Virus record (IMG/VR): IMGVR_UViG_3300032320_001009
Span: 25,244-89,243 of that record
Length of the DNA stretch: 64,000 bases
Origin: a virus
Lineage: Duplodnaviria; Caudoviricetes
Strand: one strand, 5' to 3'
The position numbers and the translations under genes were made by a program. The notes under the pieces were generated by a model, which saw only the letters and a list, made by a program, of their open reading frames with translations, ran no database searches and had not been told where the DNA came from. This document shows positions 45,882-54,583 of the stretch, piece after piece (within the stretch, counting starts at the first letter, position 1; every line of letters begins with the position of its first letter).

Positions 45882-47921
45882 GTGTCCTTATTTTCATTCC
45901 GTTTATCCGAAGAATTCGTCTCAGGCTTTCGTTCCAAGAAGCCTCCGTTTGGCTATAGAGATGCCGCTGGCAACTCGGTCGGGGAGATTACTTTCTTAAG
46001 AACTTACAGCCGTCTCAAAGAGGACGGAACTAAGGAGACTTGGGCTGATGTTTGTGAGCGTGTCATCAATGGCATGTACTCCTTACAGAAAGACCATGCC
46101 AAATCCCAACGCCTACCTTGGAACGACGCTAAGGCACAGGCTTCGGCTAAAGAAGCCTACGAACGTCTTTTTGAATTGAAGTGGACACCACCTGGACGTG
46201 GGTTGTGGGTCATGGGAACTCCCCTAGTAAACGAACAACGTAACTCCGCAGCACTACAGAACTGTGCCTTTGTCTCCACCAACGAAATGACCAAACTCAA
46301 TCCTGCCAAGCCGTTTGCCTTCCTCATGGAAGCCTCCATGCTAGGCGTAGGCGTAGGGTTTGATGACAAGGGTGCGGACAAGGACTTCACTATCTATGAG
46401 CCAAAGGCTGAAGAAGAAACCACCATCATCGCCGATACTAGAGAAGGCTGGGTTGAGTCTGTAACTTCTTTAATCAACTCCTACCTAAAGGCTGAACAAC
46501 CTACGCAACGCTTTGACTACTCGCTAATCCGCCCAGCAGGTTCGCCTATAAAAATTTTCGGGGGAACGGCAGCAGGGCATGAGCCTCTAAAGAAGTTGCA
46601 CGACCATATTGTTAAACTCTTTGCGGGACGTTCTGGTGAAAAAGTTACCAGAAGAGACCTTGCTGACATTGGAAACCTGATTGGTGTCTGTGTTGTATCA
46701 GGCAACGTCCGTCGCTCTGCAGAACTTCTTATTGGTCGCATTGATGACGAAGACTTCCTTAACCTTAAGAACGCAGAGGTTTACCCTGAACGTAACTCCT
46801 ATGACCCAAAGAATCCTGGGTGGGCTTGGATGTCCAACAACTCTGTAGAAGCAAAGGTTGGCTCTGACTTCTCAAAGATTATCGATGGCATTGTTCGTAA
46901 CGGTGAGCCTGGGGTTGTGTGGATGGACGTATCACGAAAGTACGGTCGTCTCATTGACCCACCAAATAACAAAGACTGGCGTGTGGCTGGCTACAACCCT
47001 TGTGCAGAGCAATCACTTGAGTCATTCGAGTGCTGTACTTTGGTAGAGACATACCTAAACCGCCATGATTCTTTAGAAGACTTCAAAAGAACATTGAAGT
47101 TTGCTTATCTCTATGCCAAGACTGTAACTCTTCTTCCTACGCATTGGGAAGAAACCAACGCAATCATGCAACGCAATCGCCGTATCGGTACTTCTATTTC
47201 AGGCATCGCAAACTTCGCAGACAACAACGGCTGGACTACGCTTCGTGACTGGCTTAACGAAGGTTACGCAACAGTTAAGGCTTACGATGAGTCTTACTCT
47301 GAATGGCTTGGCATTCGTCAGTCAATCAAGATGACAACAGTTAAGCCTTCAGGAACAGTCTCAATTCTTGCTGGTGAATCTCCAGGAGTGCATTGGGCTT
47401 CAGGTGGTAAGTTCTTTAACAGAGCAATCCGCTTTGCAAACTCTGACCCAATGCTTCCTCTTTTCAAGATGGCTAACTACAGAGTCGAACCTGCTTCTGA
47501 ATCTCCTGAAACAACTTCTGTTGTCTTCTTCCCAATTGAGACAGAAGCAAAGCGTGCTGAAAAAGAAGTTTCAGTTCATGAGAAGGTTGCTCTTGCTGTA
47601 GTCACACAGCGTTACTGGTCAGATAACTCTGTCTCTGTAACCGTAACCTTTGACCCTGATAAAGAAGCAGACTCTATTGCTTCTATCTTGCACATGCACG
47701 ATGGTCAGTTAAAGACGATTTCATTCTTGCCTATGGGAAATACTGTTTACCCTCAAATGCCTTACACGCAGATTACTCCTGAAGAGTATGAAGAGGGAAA
47801 GATGACTTTGTTCCCAATCGACTTTAGCGGTGTCTATGCAGGTATGGCTTCTGACGCAATCGGTGAGGCTTACTGCACCACAGATGCCTGTGAGGTAAAG
47901 TTAATTAAAGACAATCGTTAA
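45882..47921 (+). CDS. nrdJ: Class II (B12-dependent) ribonucleotide reductase
   Basis: NCAF, GNVRRSA, GYNPCAEQ, VKPSGT, C-term CTTDAC. Confidence 0.93.
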   Translation: MSLFSFRLSEEFVSGFRSKKPPFGYRDAAGNSVGEITFLRTYSRLKEDGTKETWADVCERVINGMYSLQKDHAKSQRLPWNDAKAQASAKEAYERLFELKWTPPGRGLWVMGTPLVNEQRNSAALQNCAFVSTNEMTKLNPAKPFAFLMEASMLGVGVGFDDKGADKDFTIYEPKAEEETTIIADTREGWVESVTSLINSYLKAEQPTQRFDYSLIRPAGSPIKIFGGTAAGHEPLKKLHDHIVKLFAGRSGEKVTRRDLADIGNLIGVCVVSGNVRRSAELLIGRIDDEDFLNLKNAEVYPERNSYDPKNPGWAWMSNNSVEAKVGSDFSKIIDGIVRNGEPGVVWMDVSRKYGRLIDPPNNKDWRVAGYNPCAEQSLESFECCTLVETYLNRHDSLEDFKRTLKFAYLYAKTVTLLPTHWEETNAIMQRNRRIGTSISGIANFADNNGWTTLRDWLNEGYATVKAYDESYSEWLGIRQSIKMTTVKPSGTVSILAGESPGVHWASGGKFFNRAIRFANSDPMLPLFKMANYRVEPASESPETTSVVFFPIETEAKRAEKEVSVHEKVALAVVTQRYWSDNSVSVTVTFDPDKEADSIASILHMHDGQLKTISFLPMGNTVYPQMPYTQITPEEYEEGKMTLFPIDFSGVYAGMASDAIGEAYCTTDACEVKLIKDNR

Positions 47922-47930
47922 GGGAATCAC

Positions 47931-49484
47931 ATGGCATACAAAACGGACAACATAGTAATTCTTGGTGGGGGTTCTGCTGGCTGGATGTCAGCAGCAACCC
48001 TCATTAAGGCTTTTCCTCATAAGAAGATTACTGTCGTAGAAAGTTCTTCTATCCCAAAGGTTGGTGTTGGAGAAAGCACTTTAACCAACATAAACATTTG
48101 GCTTGACTTCTTAGATGTTGATAGAACTTCTTTTATGAAGTACACGAACGCTGCTTTTAAAACCTCTATTGGATTTACAAACTTCTTTAAAGAAAAATCT
48201 GACACGTTTTTTGTCCCGTTTGGTGATGCAGACTTTATTCCAGGAAGTTTTGGGCACAACAACTGGTTCTTTAAGAAAGCCCTGTACCCCGAAACCCCTA
48301 ACACAGATTACTTTGAGTTCTTTTTCCCTAGTGCTCACCTTGTTAAAGACAACAAACTTGTAATGTGGGAACACCCTGACATGCCTGTGTACAAACCTGA
48401 CCGAGATGTGGTGTACCAGTTTGACGCTGCTTTGTTTGGTGCATGGCTTGCAGAAGAATACGCAATTCCAAAAGGTGTTAACAGAATTATTGGTACAGTT
48501 AAAGAGGTTATCTCCGATGAGTATGGGGTTAAAGAACTTCTTTTAGAAGACGGCACTCGTGTTGCTGGTGATTTATTTATTGATTGCTCAGGCTTCAGAA
48601 GCATCTTGCTTGGTCAACACCTAAAAGAACCATTCATTACTACAAAAGATGTTTTGCCAAACAATAGGGCTTGGGCTTCTCCGATTCAGTACACCAACAA
48701 AGAAAAAGAACTTCAAGTATTTACAAATTGCACAGGATTAAAGAACGGCTGGGTTTGGAATACACCGTTGTGGTCACGCATTGGTTCAGGGTATGTGTAT
48801 AGCGATGAGTTTATTGATGATGAAACAGCCTTGAAAGAATTTAAGGCTCATCTTGATTCTGAAAACATGGTTGTTTATAACCCTAACCGTTCGAAAGAAA
48901 TGGACTTTCGTCAGATTGAAATAAAGAACGGCTACTACGAAAGGTTTTGGGTAAAAAACGTAGTTGCCATAGGTTTGTCAGGTGGATTCCTTGAGCCTTT
49001 AGAAAGTACAGGGCTTTACTTTATCCACGAGTTTCTGTTGTTACTCGTTGACGCTTTAGAGCGTGAGCAGGTAACCCAATGGGATATAGCAACGTGGAAC
49101 AAAGCAACAAGAAACAACTTTGAGATTCAACTTGACTTTGTTGCTTTGCATTTTGCGATGTCTTTAAGAGACGATAGCCTTTATTGGAAGAAACTTACAA
49201 TGCAAGACATGAAAGACAGTTTTGTAAAGCGTGGCACTGAAAAGTATTACGACCGACAATTTAGTGGCTTTCAATTTAACGCTCTTGCTGCAGGAATGGG
49301 CTACAACCCTATAACTGCTAGAGTGGTTAAAGACGTTAAGTGGTCATACGGTATTGACAGGAAGTTTGAAGCAGACATAATCATAGGAATACAGCACGAC
49401 AAGGTTGAGAAGTGGAAATTAGCAATTGCTGGATTCCCGAGCCATTACCAATACTTAAAGGAAAACATTCATAATGAATCTTAA
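47931..49484 (+). CDS. Flavin-dependent (tryptophan-type) halogenase
   Basis: GGGSAG, VGES, FK.SI.F (catalytic Lys), FIDCSG, GWVWNTP, FLEPLESTG. Confidence 0.9.
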   Translation: MAYKTDNIVILGGGSAGWMSAATLIKAFPHKKITVVESSSIPKVGVGESTLTNINIWLDFLDVDRTSFMKYTNAAFKTSIGFTNFFKEKSDTFFVPFGDADFIPGSFGHNNWFFKKALYPETPNTDYFEFFFPSAHLVKDNKLVMWEHPDMPVYKPDRDVVYQFDAALFGAWLAEEYAIPKGVNRIIGTVKEVISDEYGVKELLLEDGTRVAGDLFIDCSGFRSILLGQHLKEPFITTKDVLPNNRAWASPIQYTNKEKELQVFTNCTGLKNGWVWNTPLWSRIGSGYVYSDEFIDDETALKEFKAHLDSENMVVYNPNRSKEMDFRQIEIKNGYYERFWVKNVVAIGLSGGFLEPLESTGLYFIHEFLLLLVDALEREQVTQWDIATWNKATRNNFEIQLDFVALHFAMSLRDDSLYWKKLTMQDMKDSFVKRGTEKYYDRQFSGFQFNALAAGMGYNPITARVVKDVKWSYGIDRKFEADIIIGIQHDKVEKWKLAIAGFPSHYQYLKENIHNES

Positions 49485-49758
49485 TGACATTAAAGGCGTT
49501 ACTAAACAACTAGGTCAAAGAAGTTATTGGACTAAGGTAAACGTTATAGAGTTTTGGGCATTTTCTACAAAGTTAACTATCATCATTCCAGGGTTATTAT
49601 TTGGAAAACAGTGGTGGTGGCTTTATCTATTTGCATTTGCTTCTTCTTTAGCCCTAATTTTAACCTCAACAATAAAGACCTTACCAACAATCATTTACTT
49701 TAATGTTGTTTGGTGTTTGTTGGCTTTAACGGCACTTGCAAAACATTTTTTCTTTTGA
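49474..49758 (+). CDS. Small multi-TM membrane protein
   Basis: Hydrophobic segments; overlaps the halogenase stop. Confidence 0.65.
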   Translation: MNLNDIKGVTKQLGQRSYWTKVNVIEFWAFSTKLTIIIPGLLFGKQWWWLYLFAFASSLALILTSTIKTLPTIIYFNVVWCLLALTALAKHFFF

Positions 49759-49784
49759 TACTCTTTAAATCCTTGTGGAAGGAG

Positions 49785-49827
49785 AGAAGCCCCTGCTTAA
49801 TTTTGGTTAGCAGGGGCTTCTTCTTTT
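49785..49827. terminator. Terminator at the convergence of the + and - arms
   Basis: GAAGCCCCTGCT/AGCAGGGGCTTC stem plus TTCTTTT. Confidence 0.8.
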
Positions 49828-50176
49828 ACTTCGACTTTGGTGGGTTTCTTAAATGCTTCTTGGCTAATCGTGCTGCTTGACGTTCTGCAGAAGTTTGTTG
49901 TCTTTGTTTTTCTGCTGTCTCACGCAATTTAGACTGCTCTAACGACTGTGCAGGATTTCCCATGTTTTTTCTACGAATGGCTGTGACAATCTTCTTGCGG
50001 TCAGGGCTTGTTACTACGCGAATGACATGTTCTACATTGTCAGGGTCTCTTACATCATGCACAAGATTTCCATTTTCGGCTTTGGTTACACGACCTGAAG
50101 CAAGGGCAAGTTTTACGTGTTCCCAAGTGACATCGCGTTCAAAGGAACGGTCACCTGCATGTCTTGAAGCGTCCAT
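49826..50176 (-). CDS. DUF4258-like (RelE/BrnT-like RNase fold) protein
   Basis: SRHAGDRSFERDV..V..AL..G; start re-called with -10 TATCAT 6 nt upstream. Confidence 0.6.
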   Translation of the reverse strand: MDASRHAGDRSFERDVTWEHVKLALASGRVTKAENGNLVHDVRDPDNVEHVIRVVTSPDRKKIVTAIRRKNMGNPAQSLEQSKLRETAEKQRQQTSAERQAARLAKKHLRNPPKSK

Positions 50177-50193
50177 TTCAAAATGATACAAAA

Positions 50194-50226
50194 AAACCCC
50201 CGATAGCACTTGGCTATCGGGGGTTT
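50194..50226 (-). terminator. Intrinsic terminator
   Basis: 14-bp perfect stem AAACCCCCGATAGC/GCTATCGGGGGTTT; U-tract on the - strand. Confidence 0.85.
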
Positions 50227-50228
50227 AA

Positions 50229-50387
50229 TTACTTGCCTAATCGTTTCTTTGCTTCATCGGACTTGATACTTGAGTATCCAGTCTTCTTTTTGTTCATACT
50301 TCCAGGAACTTTGCCACCTTGTCCTGTTTTGTGATTAGCCCTGCGTACTTCTAGGCTGGCTTGAATCTTGTCTAGATGTTTTCCCAT
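50229..50387 (-). CDS. Small basic protein
   Basis: SD GGAGG; MGKHLDKI start. Confidence 0.6.
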   Translation of the reverse strand: MGKHLDKIQASLEVRRANHKTGQGGKVPGSMNKKKTGYSSIKSDEAKKRLGK

Positions 50388-50418
50388 ACTTGCACCTCCT
50401 TGATTTATCTTAGCAAAC

Positions 50419-50455
50419 AAAAGCCTCTCCAACCACCAACGGAGGAGAGGCTTTT
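50419..50455 (-). terminator. Intrinsic terminator
   Basis: AAAAGCCTCTCC/GGAGAGGCTTTT stem. Confidence 0.75.
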
Positions 50456-50471
50456 GCTTGTGTTTATTGTA

Positions 50472-51041
50472 TTACTTTGGAAACTTCTTTAGCCATTCTT
50501 TTGCTCGGGGGGTCATACCCTTCCAAGCCGACCAATCATTTCCACCATCGCTCATGTAATAAGCGATTTGGGCATTTGTCACAGGGTCTAACAACATTGC
50601 ATTAGAGACCATGCCGAACTTTTCTCTGCGTGAATCACCTACTTCTTTAATCATATTGATTTGAAAGATTCCGTAGGAGTTATCTCCTGTCTTCTCGTTG
50701 CCGTTGTAGGCATGAGAGCGACAGTTGCTTTCACGCATGACGATAGCCCATGCTTGTGCTAAGGCTTTGCCTTTAAACCCAACCTCTTTTAAAAGCCCTT
50801 TGCATTCTACGTGAGAGAGGGTTACCTTGTTACGGTACTTCTCTAACTTTTCTGCTGGGGTTTTTATCTTTAGTTGTTTCTCGACTGGGGATTGGGAAAG
50901 CAGGACTGGCTGTACTACCTTCTCTTCACGCACTACAGGCTCTAATGCTTTAGCGACCGCAAAACCGCTAAGGAATAAAGAACCTGCTATTAGTGCAATT
51001 GCTGTGGTTACTACTTTTTTTCCTCGTTTTGTTAGTTTCAT
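50472..51041 (-). CDS. Membrane-anchored lytic transglycosylase (SLT/lysozyme-like)
   Basis: N-term TM; AIVMRES, SYGIFQIN, DPVTNAQIA, DWSAW; start re-called MKLTKRG. Confidence 0.85.
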   Translation of the reverse strand: MKLTKRGKKVVTTAIALIAGSLFLSGFAVAKALEPVVREEKVVQPVLLSQSPVEKQLKIKTPAEKLEKYRNKVTLSHVECKGLLKEVGFKGKALAQAWAIVMRESNCRSHAYNGNEKTGDNSYGIFQINMIKEVGDSRREKFGMVSNAMLLDPVTNAQIAYYMSDGGNDWSAWKGMTPRAKEWLKKFPK

Positions 51042-51048
51042 AGTTTCC

Positions 51049-52344
51049 TCACCTTTCTCCCAACAGATACTCGTCGGCAAGTTCCCCTGCTTTCGACTGC
51101 TGGTGACGGATACGGTGTAAGTACCGCTCCGTAGTTGTGATTGACTGATGACCCAAACGTTCTTTAACCTCGTGTATGTCAACCCCACCCTTCAAAAGAA
51201 GTGTGGCATTGGCATGTCGTAGGTCATGCGTTCTTGGATACCAACCAATACCTGACTTTTCTATGGCATCGTTCCAAGTGGCTCGCCACCTTTCACGACT
51301 TAAGTGCCCCGAGAAATTACTTCTAGAGACGCTTCTGCCTTTTGATTTGTCCTTTCTGTATTGTTTACGGTATTTGTTAACCGCTTGTTTACACAGGTCA
51401 CACCTGCACCCACCGACGTTATAGGAGTACGGAGTTGCGTGTTGGAATCGTTTGACTCCAACGGTGTAGTGCGATTCAGTCCTTTCTGTCAGACTTCCTG
51501 TTGCTATTAGTTTAACACTAGGAGTAACAGTCTCCCTAGAAAATAGCAATCCATTTGTGGTCAATTTGTGCTTAGCGATGTGTTTTTGTAATGTATTTAA
51601 CACCGCTTTGCTTAAAACGATAGTTCTTTTATGACCAGTTTTTGTAGTCGGAACGATGAGATAACGTGACCCATTATTGTGCTGACTACCTACATCACTT
51701 ACTGTGCGACGAACGTAAACTTCTTTTGACTTAAAGTTAATATCCTTCACACGTAGTTCTGTTGCTTCTCCAAAGCGACAACCACTAGCAATCAGAAACT
51801 CAGCAAAGAGTCGAGCACCTTCTGTAGGTAAGTGCTCAAGTATCTTCTTAAAGTCGTCAGGCTCTAGGTTATTGAATGGGTCAGCGTGAGGTACTTTGAC
51901 TTTAACGCCATGCGTAGGGTTGCTTGGCATTTGCTCATCTTCCACAAGTGGGCGAAAAGCAGACCCCAAAGCAATCTTTACATGGGCTATCGTCGATGGG
52001 CTTACACCTTCTTTAAGAAGTTTCTCGAAAAGGCTACGCACATCACGTTTCGTTATGGTAGTTACTTGTCTGTGACCTAAAGAAGGAACAACATACTTCT
52101 TTAATGCCACAGCATAAGTTTTGCGGGTGCTTATACGAACATCTGTTCTAGAGAGCCAATCTTTTAAATAGGCTTCTAGCGTTGTACGCAATTCAGGGTT
52201 GTCAGAGATTAATCCTTCTTCAGCAAGAAGTGCAGAATTCAAGGCTTTGGCTCTTGAACCGAATGTACCTGCACTCCTTACCTTGTTTAGACTGTCTTTG
52301 TAATAACCTGTAAAGCGTTTGTTTCTTGCTACGACATAAGCCAT
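51049..52344 (-). CDS. int: Tyrosine integrase with a Zn-finger insertion
   Basis: GCRFGE (R), TK (K), HDLRH, LGH, TTERY; N-terminal arm-binding region. Confidence 0.93.
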   Translation of the reverse strand: MAYVVARNKRFTGYYKDSLNKVRSAGTFGSRAKALNSALLAEEGLISDNPELRTTLEAYLKDWLSRTDVRISTRKTYAVALKKYVVPSLGHRQVTTITKRDVRSLFEKLLKEGVSPSTIAHVKIALGSAFRPLVEDEQMPSNPTHGVKVKVPHADPFNNLEPDDFKKILEHLPTEGARLFAEFLIASGCRFGEATELRVKDINFKSKEVYVRRTVSDVGSQHNNGSRYLIVPTTKTGHKRTIVLSKAVLNTLQKHIAKHKLTTNGLLFSRETVTPSVKLIATGSLTERTESHYTVGVKRFQHATPYSYNVGGCRCDLCKQAVNKYRKQYRKDKSKGRSVSRSNFSGHLSRERWRATWNDAIEKSGIGWYPRTHDLRHANATLLLKGGVDIHEVKERLGHQSITTTERYLHRIRHQQSKAGELADEYLLGER

Positions 52345-52369
52345 TGGCTCTCTCCTCTCTCTTTGTTCT

Positions 52370-52582
52370 TTAGACTTGCTCTTGCGGTTTATCTTTACGC
52401 TTAAGGGTGCGTCTACCTTGAAGCCATGTGTCGATAGTTTCTTCAGACCAAACTGGTGTTCTGCTGAAGTAGTTATCGGGCTTAGGCATTCCGTTTAACC
52501 CTCTATGGGCATAGTTCTTTAACGTGTGGTAACTAAGACCAGTTTTGTTGGCTATGTCTTTAGTCGTTAACCATGTTGCCAT
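52370..52582 (-). CDS. Excisionase/AlpA-like HTH protein
   Basis: LTTKDIA..TGLS..TL..Y..MPKPD..PVWS..TI..W; upstream of int. Confidence 0.75.
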   Translation of the reverse strand: MATWLTTKDIANKTGLSYHTLKNYAHRGLNGMPKPDNYFSRTPVWSEETIDTWLQGRRTLKRKDKPQEQV

Positions 52583-52605
52583 GTTGTGTTCCTTTCCTGT
52601 AGTAG

Positions 52606-52851
52606 TCACATCTTACCTAATTCAGCCTTAGCCACAAGAATCTCGGTTTGAGCCTGAATCATGTTGGTTAGGGCATCTGCGGTCGTAGTTATCCCGAAAG
52701 TAAAGGAGAGTAAGTCCGTAATCTGTGGGGGCATGTAGCCCTTGTTAATCAGGCTACGTAATAGTTCTCCCTGCATTTGTGTGACCTCCGCAAGCATTCG
52801 GAGACCTTCGGCGTAGTGAACCTCTATGTCATTCTTCTTATCAGACGGCAT
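52606..52851 (-). CDS. Hypothetical protein
   Basis: 81-aa in-operon ORF. Confidence 0.6.
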   Translation of the reverse strand: MPSDKKNDIEVHYAEGLRMLAEVTQMQGELLRSLINKGYMPPQITDLLSFTFGITTTADALTNMIQAQTEILVAKAELGKM

Positions 52852-53272
52852 TCATTTGCTCCTCACTTTCGAATTCACGCTGTTGTGCACCAGCGTAACC
52901 CGAATCGTTTGTAATTAATCTTCCCTCACGCCATGTGAAAGGAGTTGTCTGTCCTTCAGGCAATACCCAAAGATGATACTGATTTGCTCCGTCAACCAAT
53001 TGAGACTGTGGTGGGAAGATTTCTACTGCTTCTCTTTCGCCACCTGCCAGTTCATTCTTTATGCGTTGCAAGTGTCGCCAATCCCGAATTGCTTTGCGGT
53101 CTTGACGGCGTATAGATAACCAAAGTGCACCTTCTTTAAGTTCTTTTACGTGAACAACGTAAAACTTATTTATCCATACAGTCTCTCCCTCATCGAGAGT
53201 GACTTTCTCTTTTGTTTCCGAGTTGTAATGCGTATCTGCTTTAATGAATTTATCCCATGTTGGTTGACTCAT
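52841..53272 (-). CDS. DUF7694-like protein
   Basis: WLSIRR.DR..IRDWRHLQRIKNEL.G..EAVE.FP..LVD.ANQYHLW. Confidence 0.7.
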   Translation of the reverse strand: MSQPTWDKFIKADTHYNSETKEKVTLDEGETVWINKFYVVHVKELKEGALWLSIRRQDRKAIRDWRHLQRIKNELAGGEREAVEIFPPQSQLVDGANQYHLWVLPEGQTTPFTWREGRLITNDSGYAGAQQREFESEEQMNAV

Positions 53273-53493
53273 AACGACACCACCTTCCATTCTCCGTTGT
53301 TGAACCCGACGAACAGTTGTTCTTCAGGATAAAGCCAAAAGAAGATTTCCTCATCTTTTGGGTGTTGGTCTAATTTGTTAGACCACCCGTCAGGAATAAT
53401 TCCAAAAGAAACTTCATGCTTCTTTTGGCTTGGGTCATCGTTCCAAACGATAGTTGCTTCGATAACTTGAATTGCTGGTGCTGTTATTGTCAT
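53269..53493 (-). CDS. Hypothetical protein
   Basis: SD AGGAGG; MTITAP start. Confidence 0.6.
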   Translation of the reverse strand: MTITAPAIQVIEATIVWNDDPSQKKHEVSFGIIPDGWSNKLDQHPKDEEIFFWLYPEEQLFVGFNNGEWKVVSL

Positions 53494-53711
53494 GCGACTT
53501 CCTCCTTTTGCTCTCCTTGAGACCATGCCCAGTCATTTACGTGACCGATACAGTTCTCTAGTTGTACTTGTGCATTTCCAATTGCTTCTTCGGGGTCTTT
53601 AAATGAATCAAAGTCTGACTCTTGCCACCATGTGATTAGCAAGGTGTCTTCAGGCTTGTAGTGCTTTTGAAGTTCTTCGATAACTTCTTTAACTGTTTGA
53701 ATCTGTGCCAT
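53490..53711 (-). CDS. Hypothetical protein
   Basis: SD GGAGG. Confidence 0.6.
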   Translation of the reverse strand: MAQIQTVKEVIEELQKHYKPEDTLLITWWQESDFDSFKDPEEAIGNAQVQLENCIGHVNDWAWSQGEQKEEVA

Positions 53712-54090
53712 TTGTTACCTCCTGAGTTGATTGTGATTTGCACCAGTCGCAGACACCAACCTGTGGAGTTCCACAGATACGGACACCGCAGTCGAATCGC
53801 CATTGGTTGAAGTCTTCGACTTCGAGTGCTTCACCAAGTGCTTCGATGATGTTTGAGAGTTGAATCAGCATTCCTGACTTGATGTCACGTTCAGGCTCTG
53901 ACATGTCTTCGTACGCAGGGTCATTTTCAAACCGCATGTACTGATGAGCGATAGTTGTAGAGACAAGTTCTTTTAGGTTAGTTGCCTCTACCTCTTGTGC
54001 ATGTAGTACAGCCAAAAGATAATCTATCTTTTGAAGTGGTGCTAAAGACGATACAAAGTCTTTTACTTGCTGTGGTGCTTCTTTACTCAT
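53689..54090 (-). CDS. Hypothetical protein with C-terminal Cys cluster
   Basis: DCG..ICG..CDWC. Confidence 0.6.
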   Translation of the reverse strand: MSKEAPQQVKDFVSSLAPLQKIDYLLAVLHAQEVEATNLKELVSTTIAHQYMRFENDPAYEDMSEPERDIKSGMLIQLSNIIEALGEALEVEDFNQWRFDCGVRICGTPQVGVCDWCKSQSTQEVTNGTDSNS

Positions 54091-54260
54091 TTCTTTCTCC
54101 CTTCGATACAGTCACGATAAGTGACCCAGTTACATGTTTCGCAGTAGGTTACAAAGCAACCTTCTTCATGACCCTTGAGTTCGCAGTCACGCCATACTTC
54201 TGTAGCCTTACAGCATTTACTGACAGTTGGTGTGCCAGTACTTAGTTCTCCTGTGTTCAT
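54087..54260 (-). CDS. 57-aa Cys-rich protein
   Basis: MNTG..KCC..DC..GC..YCETC..DC; coupled both ends; not in the ORF track. Confidence 0.6.
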   Translation of the reverse strand: MNTGELSTGTPTVSKCCKATEVWRDCELKGHEEGCFVTYCETCNWVTYRDCIEGRKK

Positions 54261-54583
54261 GATGAGACCTTGATTGAGAATTCATCTTCATCTTTCCATG
54301 GAACAGGACTGATGAAGTACCCAATACGATTTACGAATGCACGACCATTGATGATGTATGTGCCTCCGTTGTTGCCGTCAACAAGTGTCCATACGTTGTG
54401 ATAATCGCAAGCATAAACAAAGGCTTGCTCTTCTCCGTAGGTCTCATAAAGAATCCCTACGCCATTCTCATCTTGCCAAGAGGCGTTTGAATCTAACGTG
54501 TTGTTGATTGGCTTGAATACCTCATGCCACTTATCAAGTGTCATACGGCGATTTTTTGTAGGCGGTGGTGTTGTTGTTGTCAT
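54257..54583 (-). CDS. Hypothetical phage protein
   Basis: FKPI.N..YETYGEE..VWTLVD..FVNRIGY. Confidence 0.65.
   Translation of the reverse strand: MTTTTPPPTKNRRMTLDKWHEVFKPINNTLDSNASWQDENGVGILYETYGEEQAFVYACDYHNVWTLVDGNNGGTYIINGRAFVNRIGYFISPVPWKDEDEFSIKVSS
54552..54565 (-). repeat. CCRMCTACAAAAAA motif copy
   Basis: CCGCCTACAAAAAA inside the 5' end of the CDS. Confidence 0.6.

Noticed and set aside
21418-47921. Inteins or introns in DnaB, PolA, RecA and RNR
   Set aside because: Lengths are normal, frames are continuous, and no splicing motifs or homing endonucleases were seen.
1264-49758. Numerous short alternative-frame and antisense ORFs in the track (e.g. 3376-3771, 13041-13442, 43266-43541)
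   Set aside because: They lie fully inside well-supported genes, lack an SD, and read as shadow translations.
51639-51651. Sixth copy of the early motif (CCGACTACAAAAA) inside int
   Set aside because: Only five A's and it encodes the constrained PTTK catalytic-Lys loop; may be coincidental.
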